Shown here piece by piece: positions 51,722 to 59,795 of a DNA stretch of 64,000 nt. Every line of letters begins with the position of its first letter. The stretch's first letter is position 1. This DNA comes from an uncultured Chthonomonadaceae bacterium (GTDB lineage: Bacteria; Armatimonadota; Chthonomonadetes; Chthonomonadales; Chthonomonadaceae). The position numbers and the translations under genes are program-made. Below the pieces are notes generated by a model. It was not told where the DNA came from. It ran no database searches and worked only from the letters and a program-made list of their open reading frames with translations. The stretch lies in contig CAWIEK010000057.1 in NCBI GenBank assembly GCA_963835065.1, positions 1 through 64,000 on the forward strand, given 5' to 3'.

Positions 51722-52483
51722 TTATTTGCGGCGGCGCAGGGCAAGCGCCGCAAGCCCGACAGCGCCCAACAAAGCCAGTGACGAGGGTTCGGGAACGGTT
51801 GACGTGGGGCAAATCGCTACGGTGTTCGAGTCCAGCGTCACCGCGCCATTTCGCGCCAGTATACCGCCGTCAAGGACCGTGGCTCCCGTATTCAGGGTGA
51901 TGCTTGTCAGGGCAAGGATGTGCCCCGTGAACGCCGTGCCCGTGCCAAGCGTCGCCGAACTTCCGACCTGCCAGAACACGTCGCAATCGTCCGCGCTGTT
52001 GATGACGCGAACTGAAGAGCCACTGGCCGTAATGAGAGTGCTGCCGATTTGAAAGTCAAAACGGGCGTTCGGGTCGCCGAGCGTGTTGAGGGTAAGGGTT
52101 CCGGTCAGGAAAGCCGACGTATCAAAATGATAGACGCCCGGCAGCAGCGTCTTTCCTCCCAAATCCTGACCGGTAAAGTTTTGGCCGAACGGCTCGTTGG
52201 CTAACACATTATAAGCGGTCGTAACGTCGGATTGCGCCTGCATCGCGACCATATCGCCCGCGTGGATAGTTCCATTGGTCACGATGCCGGGCGGAAAGCC
52301 CGTAATCGCGTTCCCCGGCCAGACTCCCAAATTCCCTGAAAGCGTGGTCACGTTTGCGTTCGTGACTGTGGAACCACCCAGAACCGCAAAACTTTCGGCG
52401 GTGCCGAGAAACTGAGCGCGGGCTTGAGTGTGCAGCCCAAGAACAAGCAAAGTGGTTACTGCAGTTCCCAACCTATGTTTCAT
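51722..52483 (-). CDS. Ice-binding (DUF3494) PEP-CTERM protein
   Basis: LGTAESFAVLGGSTVTN, DLGG..PGVY, VFWQVGSSATLG, GAVTLD; VPEPSS + TM + RRRK. Confidence 0.92.
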   Translation of the reverse strand: MKHRLGTAVTTLLVLGLHTQARAQFLGTAESFAVLGGSTVTNANVTTLSGNLGVWPGNAITGFPPGIVTNGTIHAGDMVAMQAQSDVTTAYNVLANEPFGQNFTGQDLGGKTLLPGVYHFDTSAFLTGTLTLNTLGDPNARFDFQIGSTLITASGSSVRVINSADDCDVFWQVGSSATLGTGTAFTGHILALTSITLNTGATVLDGGILARNGAVTLDSNTVAICPTSTVPEPSSLALLGAVGLAALALRRRK

Positions 52484-52732
52484 CCCAAGCCTCCTGTCAA
52501 GCAACCCTGTCAAGCGTAGATACCCGTTGTGCTTCTTCTCAACGCCGAGAAAGCCCGAAGAGATGTTGTTGGTTTCCACAATAGTACACATATCTTCCCG
52601 TTTTTACCAATTAAAATGTACCTTATTTCATAGACAAAATTACCTATTTCTATCTTCCCCACACTATTTACTCCGTATTTTACCTGCTTATTTGTATGAA
52701 TTGGCCTTGCCTATTCCCGACTGCCATTGCCT

Positions 52733-52796
52733 GCGCCGAAAAATGCCAAATCATGTATAATATAGGTAGCAGTCTTGCGGATTCATCGTCTTACAA
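52733..52796 (+). promoter_or_regulatory. Promoter block (contains TATAAT), duplicated at 54895-54958
   Basis: 58/64 identity between the two copies. Confidence 0.75.
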
Positions 52797-52851
52797 TAAA
52801 CCGGAGTGGCGAGGAAGCGACGCGGCTGCGGGAAGCACAGGGAAAACTACC

Positions 52852-53517
52852 ATGTCGGTGTTCCTGATACTGATGATTGCCGGATTGTTTGGAATGGCGC
52901 TGCTGGCGATACCCGCGCTCGGGCATCACGGGCATGGGGGCGCGGGTCTGCACGGCCACGCGCTGCCCCACGCAACCCACGCCGCTATCGGACACGCGCA
53001 TGGAACCGGCACAACACTGCCGGCAAACGCGCAGCATGGCGCTCCGCCTGCCGCGCACAATCCCGGCGGCAAATCGGAAGCCGTTGCTAATGCGGCGGGC
53101 GCGGCCCGGTTCATCCCAACGCCGCGCATCGTGTTCAGCATTATCGCCGCGTATGGCGCGTTCGGCTATGCGGGCGTGGCGGCGTTCCACTTAGCGCCCG
53201 CCCTTGTCGCTGTTCTTGCCCTCGTTCCCGCCGTGCTGATGGAGCGCCTTGCCCTGACGCCGCTTTGGAACCTGCTGCTCGGCTTTCAGGGCGAACCCTG
53301 TACGCCCGTTACGCACTTAGTCATGGCCGAAGCCGAAGCCGTGACTCCGTTCCGCAACGGTAAAGGCATCGTGCGCGTCACGCATGACGGGCGCGACGTG
53401 CAGTTCAGCGCGCAACTGACGGGTGAACACGCCAATATGCCCATTCGCGTCGGCGACAAATTGCGGATTGAAGAAGTGGAAGCGGACGGCGAGCGCGTCA
53501 AAGTTTCTGTAGGATAG
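52852..53517 (+). CDS. NfeD-like membrane protein (His-rich loop, C-terminal OB fold)
   Basis: TM, HHGHG tract, AFGYAG TMs, AVTPF..GKGIV..VGDKLRI; upstream of a flotillin. Confidence 0.75.
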   Translation: MSVFLILMIAGLFGMALLAIPALGHHGHGGAGLHGHALPHATHAAIGHAHGTGTTLPANAQHGAPPAAHNPGGKSEAVANAAGAARFIPTPRIVFSIIAAYGAFGYAGVAAFHLAPALVAVLALVPAVLMERLALTPLWNLLLGFQGEPCTPVTHLVMAEAEAVTPFRNGKGIVRVTHDGRDVQFSAQLTGEHANMPIRVGDKLRIEEVEADGERVKVSVG

Positions 53518-53519
53518 TG

Positions 53520-53562
53520 AACCGCGAAACACACGAAATAAACGAAAAGAAGACAAAAAAGG
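53520..53562. repeat. Lone left arm (AACCGCGAAACACACGAAATAAACGAAA) of the palindrome family
   Basis: Identical to the module in P1. Confidence 0.85.
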
Positions 53563-53739
53563 CAGATAACAACCTGTAAATCAAAGCCGTTGCGGAACGT
53601 TTTATTGCTTCCACGACGGCTTGCTGTCTGAGTAGGCAAAGCAGTATATTGCCGCGCCGATGGCGAATACGTTGTGGAGATTAATTTCGCTTGGATAGAT
53701 ACACTCCCGGCAATTTGCTGCGGGGTGAAAAGGAGAATT

Positions 53740-54861
53740 ATGGCCGGCAAGAAGAACGAACTGACGCGGCGCGAACTTGTGCGAACTGCCGGGTATGGCA
53801 TGGCAGCTGCGGCGCTGGCGCTGCCCGAAATGGCGTTGGGACAGGAAGCGGGCAAGCCTATCGGCGTGGCTCTGGTCGGCGGCGCGCACATCCACACGCC
53901 GCAGTACGTCCGCGCCCTCAAAACGCGCAAGGGCGTGACGGTCAAGAGCGCGTGGGATCACGATCCTGCCCGCGCGCAAAAGCGGGCGCAGGAGTTAGGA
54001 TGCAAACCCGCCGCAGACCTCAAAGAAATCTGGAACGACCCCGACATTGCCGCAGTGGTGATTTGCTCGGAAACCAACCGCCACCACGATCTGGTCATGG
54101 CGGCGGCGCAGGCCAAAAAACACATGTTCGTGGAAAAGCCGCTGGGCATTACGGCCAAAGAAAGTTTTGCGATGGCCGAAGCCATTGAACGCGCGGGCCT
54201 GCTGTTTACGACGGGCTACTTCATGCGCTGCGCTCGCGAACATTTGTTCCTCAAGGAGCAGGTCGAAAAAGGCAGTTTCGGCAAAATCACGCGGGTTCGC
54301 GGCTCCAACTGCCACAACGGCGCATTGGGCGGCTGGTTCGACGGCGAGTACCGCTGGATGGCCGACCCCAAAATCGCGGGCGTGGGCGCCTTTGGCGACC
54401 TGGGCACACATGCGCTCGACATTCTGATGTGGATGCTTGGCCCGGTTGCCACCATCACAGCGGACATCAAGGGCGTTATCAACCGCTATCCCGGCTGTGA
54501 CGAGAGCGGCGAAGCGCTGCTTAAATTTGAAAGCGGCGTGACGGGCACGCTTGCGGCGGGATGGGTGGATACGGACAACCCTGTCACGTTCGAGATTAGC
54601 GGCACGGAAGGCCATGCCGCGATTGTGCAGGGGTTGCTGTATTTCCAGAGCGGCAAGGTTGCCAAAGCGGATGGGCGCGAACCCTGGGGAACGCTGCCGC
54701 CCGCCACGCCCCCGCCCATCACGCAGTTCCTCGACGCGCTGGAAGGCAAGCCGCATGAGCATCTCGTCAAGCCCCATGAAGCAGCTATGCGCGTCGCCGT
54801 CATGGAGGCCGCGTACAAGGGAGCCAAAGCGCAAACGTGGGCCAAAGTGACGCAGGCGTAA
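53740..54861 (+). CDS. Gfo/Idh/MocA oxidoreductase with Tat signal
   Basis: TRRELV, HMFVEKPL, GAFGDLGTH. Confidence 0.93.
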   Translation: MAGKKNELTRRELVRTAGYGMAAAALALPEMALGQEAGKPIGVALVGGAHIHTPQYVRALKTRKGVTVKSAWDHDPARAQKRAQELGCKPAADLKEIWNDPDIAAVVICSETNRHHDLVMAAAQAKKHMFVEKPLGITAKESFAMAEAIERAGLLFTTGYFMRCAREHLFLKEQVEKGSFGKITRVRGSNCHNGALGGWFDGEYRWMADPKIAGVGAFGDLGTHALDILMWMLGPVATITADIKGVINRYPGCDESGEALLKFESGVTGTLAAGWVDTDNPVTFEISGTEGHAAIVQGLLYFQSGKVAKADGREPWGTLPPATPPPITQFLDALEGKPHEHLVKPHEAAMRVAVMEAAYKGAKAQTWAKVTQA

Positions 54862-54894
54862 ATCAACCCCGCCTGTTCCCGCTCGCCCCTGTCC

Positions 54895-55032
54895 GCGCCG
54901 AAAAATGCTAAATCATGTATAATACAGGTAGCGGCCTTACGGATTCTTCGTCTTACAACACGCAAGCGTGGCGGTGACAAACTGCGGGTTGAGGAAGCGG
55001 GCTGCGAGCGCGTCAGAGTTTCTGTGGGTTGA
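54895..55032 (+). pseudogene. Deleted duplicate of the NfeD-like gene (promoter + last ~19 codons)
   Basis: Promoter copy fused to GDKLRVEEAGCERVRVSVG* (intact gene ends GDKLRIEEVEADGERVKVSVG*). Confidence 0.8.
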
Positions 55033-55033
55033 T

Positions 55034-55184
55034 TTCACCACCAATACGCGAAGAACACCAAGAGAGGCAAAGGAACGAAATTTAAGTTCGATGTGGACTT
55101 GTCTCGTTCCATGCTGTAGGGTGCAGTTTTCTTCTTTGATTTCTCTTCTTTTTTGCTTGGTGTTCTTCGTGTCTTGGTGGTGAA
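55034..55184. repeat. Palindrome P5 with CACCACCAAGACACGAAGAACACCAAG-type arms
   Basis: ttcaccaccaatacgcgaagaacaccaag..cttggtgttcttcgtgtcttggtggtgaa. Confidence 0.85.
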
Positions 55185-55218
55185 TACTCTGTGTTGATGA
55201 GTTTCGTGGAGGTGCGCA

Positions 55219-56640
55219 ATGGAACTGATTGTTGTGTTGGGCGCGATATTCGCCCTGTTTGTGTTTACCATAGCGATGGTCACGGCGTTTCTGCGCAGCG
55301 TTCCCGCCGGGCAGATTCTGCTGGTGAAAGGCTGGAGCGGGGCCGGCCTGCATATTTTTCGCGGGCCGACCAAAGCGTTCGTCGTGCCCGTGTTCAACGA
55401 AGTGCGCTCCATACCCGCGCAGGCGATCAATGTAGACATTGAAATCACCGACCAGACGGCGGATGTGGACGCCAACGGCAGGCCCGCGCCCGTCAAAGTC
55501 ACGGTTCGGGCGTCGGCCATCGTCAGCGTGGGCGAAAGCGACGCGATGGTCAATACGGCGGCGAACAAGTTCTTTTCCAAGCCGCCCGGAGATCAGCTTT
55601 CCACGCTGACGGACGTGCTATCGTCTGCGGGACGCCGCGCCATCAACCTGCTTAAGCACGATCAGTTGTTTAACGCCCGCCCCGCGCAGGCCATTGCCCC
55701 GACCGGCAGCGCCCTTGTTGTGCCGCCGGTAGACGCGCTCACCGTCGCGCGCCCCGGCACGGATTTGACGGTGCGCGACGATGACGAACTGGCCGTGATT
55801 ATCAAGGATGCGTGTTCGCGCGAACTGCTGGATTTGGGATTGTCGTTCAACAGTCTGAACATCAAGGCGGTTTTGAGCGAAGTGGCCGAAGCGCGACGCC
55901 GCGAGTCCGCCGCCCGCGCCAAAGCCAGCGCGGATGTGGTGCAGGCGCAGGAAGAACAACGCGCCCGTATCGCGCAATTGGAAGCGCAGCAAAAAGTCAA
56001 CGATCAGGAACGCGCCCTGAACATGCAGATCGCCTCCAACGGCGCGTCCATTGCCCGCGCTGAAGCCGAAAAGCAGGCCGCCTTCCGCGAACAGCGCTCG
56101 GCGGAACTGGCGGCAACCCAGATCACGCAGGCCAACGCGGACGCGCAGCAAAACGTGATTCAGCAGGAAGCGGAAGGCAAAGCGCAGGCCGCGCGCATAC
56201 TCGCCATTGCCGAAGCGGAAGCCGCTGCGATTCGCATGAAAGCCGAAGCGCTGTCGCAAGTCGGCGGCGCGTACCTTGATCTGCGGCGTCTGGAAATGGC
56301 CCCGGCCCTGACCCGCGAAGTCGCCAACGCCCTTGCCAACGGGCAATTTGTCAACTTCGGCACATCAGGTGATGGCGGTCACAGTGCCGCCGCGTCCGGT
56401 TCCGATGACGTGATGCGCGTGGTGCAAACCCTGATGGCCGCGCAGGTCGTCACGGGCGGCAACGGCATGAACGGCAACAATAACAACGGCGGTAACGGCA
56501 ACGGCAACGGTAACGGTGTACGGCGCGAAATGCTTCCCGCCATCCCCGTAACCACCACAATGGATGTCGAAGCGCCCATTGTGACCCGCCCGACGGTGGC
56601 GCAAAACCCGCCGCCGCGCCCACCGCAAACACGCAGATAA
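55219..56640 (+). CDS. Flotillin/SPFH-family membrane protein
   Basis: N-terminal TM, FVVPVF, AEA-rich coiled coil, Asn/Gly tail. Confidence 0.85.
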   Translation: MELIVVLGAIFALFVFTIAMVTAFLRSVPAGQILLVKGWSGAGLHIFRGPTKAFVVPVFNEVRSIPAQAINVDIEITDQTADVDANGRPAPVKVTVRASAIVSVGESDAMVNTAANKFFSKPPGDQLSTLTDVLSSAGRRAINLLKHDQLFNARPAQAIAPTGSALVVPPVDALTVARPGTDLTVRDDDELAVIIKDACSRELLDLGLSFNSLNIKAVLSEVAEARRRESAARAKASADVVQAQEEQRARIAQLEAQQKVNDQERALNMQIASNGASIARAEAEKQAAFREQRSAELAATQITQANADAQQNVIQQEAEGKAQAARILAIAEAEAAAIRMKAEALSQVGGAYLDLRRLEMAPALTREVANALANGQFVNFGTSGDGGHSAAASGSDDVMRVVQTLMAAQVVTGGNGMNGNNNNGGNGNGNGNGVRREMLPAIPVTTTMDVEAPIVTRPTVAQNPPPRPPQTRR

Positions 56641-56922
56641 AGGAAGAAAAGGAGAAAAGAAGAAAAGGAGAAAAGGAGAGGGAAACCGCGAAAAACGCGA
56701 AACAAACAAAAACAGAACAATTAAAGAAATAGACAGGATTAATGGGATTAGAAGGATTAAACAGGATTATGAACCGAGAAGAGAAGCCTGTTTGTTCTAA
56801 ATATGCGGCGGCAACTGCAAATTTGCCCCTGTTCTTTTCGTATTTTTTCGTTTATTTCGTGTGTTTCGCGGTTCCCCATCTCCTTTTCTCCTTTTCTTCT
56901 TTTCTTCTCTCTTCTTCTCTCC
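56641..56922. repeat. Nested modular palindrome P6
   Basis: Purine tract + AACCGCGAAA mirrored; unpaired (ACAGGATTA)n module. Confidence 0.9.
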
Positions 56923-56936
56923 ATAGTTGAGATACG

Positions 56937-58041
56937 ATGATGAAGTCTTTGATTGGGTTGACAACTGAGGAATTGGGAGTGGCGGCGCAGGACGCGGGAC
57001 AGGCCGCGTACCGGGGCAAGCAGATCGCCACTTGGATTTACAAGCGCGGGGCGGAGTCGCTGGACGCCATGAGCGATTTGCCGCGCGAGTTTCGGGCGCG
57101 TCTGGCGGATACCTATAAGGTTGGCCTGCCCGATGTGGCGCATAAAGAAGTATCGGCGGACGAAACGGTCAAGTATCTGATGCGGCAATCCGACGGTTTG
57201 ACAATTGAAAGCGTGTTTTTGCCCTACCCGGAGCGTGTTTCGGTTTGCCTGTCCACGCAGATCGGCTGTGCCGCCGGGTGTACATTTTGCGCCACCGCGC
57301 AGGGCGGATTGGCGCGGAATTTGATCAACCGGCGAAATCGTCGGGCAGTTTTTGCGGATGCAGAAGGAAAGCGAGCGGCGTATTTCCCATGCCGTGTATA
57401 TGGGCATGGGGGAGCCGTTGTGGAACTACGACAACGTAATCAAGAGTTTGAAAGTGCTTGGTCAGGAAGTGGGCGTGTCGCTGCGGAACCTGACGATCAG
57501 CACGGTTGGCGTGGTTCCCGGCATCCGCGCCTTGGCGCAGGAAAGTTTGCCGATTACCTTAGCCCTATCGCTTCACGCGCCCAACGATGACCTGCGCGCG
57601 CAATTGATTCCGACTGCCCGCAAGTGGAAACTGGACGAGATTTTGGACGCCTGCGGCGAGTACGCACGCAACACGGGGCGTAACCTGACCTTTGAATACC
57701 TGCTCATCGGCGGCGTCAACGACAGGCCGGAACACGCGAGGGAACTGGCAAGCCTGCTGAAAGCCAAAAAACTGCCGGGCAACGTCAACTTGATCCCGTT
57801 CAACTATGTCGAAACCACGCAGGGCTTTCAGCGTCCGACAATAGAAAGCGTAACGCGCTTCCGGCAGGAATTGGAACGCGCCGGACGTATCGCCACGCAG
57901 CGCATGACGCGCGGCCACGCCATCGCCGCCGCCTGCGGCCAATTGCGCCGCAATGTAGAAAAGAACGCCGCACCGAATGACGCGCAGACGTTTATCCCGC
58001 TCCGAGTAATTGAGAACTCTTTGTCGCTGACACCGGGCTGA
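56937..58041 (+). CDS. rlmN: 23S rRNA m2A2503 methyltransferase, +1 indel near 57325
   Basis: CLSTQIGCAAGCTFC, MGMGEP, ISTVG, SLHA, FEY, NLIPFN, AACGQL. Confidence 0.93.
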
Positions 58042-58160
58042 TGGGCTTCCTTACCGGGCGTCCACTTATGGACACGGCCCCTCTCCTGGCCGCGCAACGC
58101 GCTAGGATATGTTGATTACTCGTATGTCGCACTACTCGCCAGAGCATCTAACGTTACGTA

Positions 58161-58212
58161 CTCCCCTCTCCTAGCGAGGAACGAGCGCCCAGGAGAGGGG
58201 CCGGGGGTGAGG
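58161..58212. repeat. REP-like hairpin (CCCCTCTCC..GGAGAGGGG..GGGGTGAGG)
   Basis: Related to 29803-29848; its GAGG end supplies the RBS of the next gene. Confidence 0.65.
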
Positions 58213-58213
58213 T

Positions 58214-59005
58214 ATGTCGCTCACGCTGGAATTGCCGCCGGAAGTGGAAACGCGCCTTGTGGAAGAAGCCGCGCGGCGTGGCCTGCCTGTCTCCGAAATT
58301 GTGTCTTTGCTGGTGCAGGGGTATTTTTGGCCTGCCGAGTCGTCTCTGATAACAGAGTGGTATCGTCAGGAAAGCAGGCGCGGTTTGTTCGCAATACGGC
58401 AGAAACAGGCCGAGATTGAACAGCGAGAGCGCCTGGTTGAAGCGCTGACAAAGCAAAAGAATATAGAATCACAAATCGCGCATGAAGAACGCGCTATTAT
58501 TCGCTGTGAACGTGAAGCGGTTCTCGCGGCGCAGAAGGAAGAACGCGCGGACGCGCTGAAAGCCTATCAGACAAAAGTGCTGCATGAACAACGGCGCAAC
58601 GAACTCAAACTGAACCTACCGGACGCCGCAGCCATCACGGAAAAATTGAGCGCGGAACTTCGAGACCGGGGCACAAACGTATTGAGCAATGTGGTTGAGC
58701 AAACGCGCATGAGACTTCAGCGCAATCGCGCCGACATTTTGCTCGGTAAGCCTGCTTGTCAGCATATTGTAGAGTATGAATTGGAAGCCCGAATCCGCAA
58801 GTATGCTTCTGAAGCCGTATGGAACGCGCAGTATGCGGAGTGGATTGCGGCGCATGGGGATACCGTTCCCGACGAAGCGCCGTCTGAAATTGAAGTGATG
58901 CAGCAGGTCGGGGAACAAAACCAGCAGCTTTTGAACAAGCAGATTCAGCGCCTTGAAGAACTGCTGAACGCGGCAAAGCCCTCGGAACAGGAACCATCCG
59001 AATAG
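58214..59005 (+). CDS. Hypothetical protein with an RHH/antitoxin-like N-terminus and coiled coil
   Basis: MSLTLELPPEVETRL..AARRG start. Confidence 0.65.
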   Translation: MSLTLELPPEVETRLVEEAARRGLPVSEIVSLLVQGYFWPAESSLITEWYRQESRRGLFAIRQKQAEIEQRERLVEALTKQKNIESQIAHEERAIIRCEREAVLAAQKEERADALKAYQTKVLHEQRRNELKLNLPDAAAITEKLSAELRDRGTNVLSNVVEQTRMRLQRNRADILLGKPACQHIVEYELEARIRKYASEAVWNAQYAEWIAAHGDTVPDEAPSEIEVMQQVGEQNQQLLNKQIQRLEELLNAAKPSEQEPSE

Positions 59006-59028
59006 AAGTTTTCACACACAAACGCATA

Positions 59029-59668
59029 GTGGCTGGCCTTGCCTTGAGTTTGCTTTGCCTGAGCGGGTGCGGCAAACACACAAAAGGACAGGTTCCGAAC
59101 GCGCAGGGCAACGCGGACGCGGCGAAGCAGAATGGAACCAGCAAGGCAGAAGAAGCGAAAGCAACAGAACTGCCGGGAGCCGTGCGCGGAACCGGCTGGC
59201 ACATCCCCTGGTACGCGCCCGATCCCAAACATCCCGATAGGCCGCAACAGCGCATATTGGTCGCGGACGCGAAAGCAGGCGCGATGGACAGCGACAATGA
59301 TGTTGCCACCGCGCGCTTGCAGGATGTGCAGGCCACGCTGTACCACGACGGCAAGCCGTCCGCAACCCTGACCGCGCCGCATGTCACCACGAATGAGCAT
59401 GACCGCGTGATTGTGGCTACGGGCGGCGTGACGATTCATTCGCTTATCAGTCCGCCCAGCAAGCGCGCGCATTCTGCCGTTCCTCCCAATTCGACGGTGA
59501 CTGCGGATAAAATGGTATGGGACTCTGCATACGACGAAAGTAGTCTGCACCGGCCATGCCCGACTTGTCAGCAAGCAGCCCGGTTCGTCCGCCCTTGAAA
59601 GTTACTCGGAAAAGATCATCTATGACACGGAAACCGGCGATGTGGATTTCCGCTACAACACGCGCTGA
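59029..59668 (+). CDS. lptC: LptC-like periplasmic lipoprotein, indel near 59530
   Basis: Lipobox LSGC; LTAP, VATGGV, TADKMVWD, continuing KVVCTGHA in the next frame; first gene of the lpt block. Confidence 0.6.
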
Positions 59669-59676
59669 CGCTGAAA

Positions 59677-59706
59677 AGTTGATAGTTTGTAGTTGATAGT
59701 TGATAG
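59677..59706. repeat. Unpaired GTTGATA heptamer arm
   Basis: agttgatagtttgtagttgatagttgatag, just after the stop codon. Confidence 0.8.
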
Positions 59707-59795
59707 GAATACAGGCACAGCGAACTTGCCGCGCTTTTTCGCTTAGTGGCTTAAAAAGTCTTGTTTTGTCGTTTCGCGCCCCGGAAAGTAATTTT

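Noticed and set aside
56455..56517. AACGGC repeat in the flotillin tail as a contingency locus
   Set aside because: In-frame, degenerate Asn/Gly low-complexity tract; length change would not shift the frame.
857..59668. About 10 frameshifts (near 1195, 7050, 28430, 37089, 41417, 41858, 43058, 48725, 57325, 59530) as programmed frameshifting or pseudogenes
   Set aside because: They are single-base indels, several in short homopolymers, in otherwise intact and partly essential genes (cca, lptC) with no slippery motifs or other decay. Long-read consensus error is the simplest explanation; check with read polishing.
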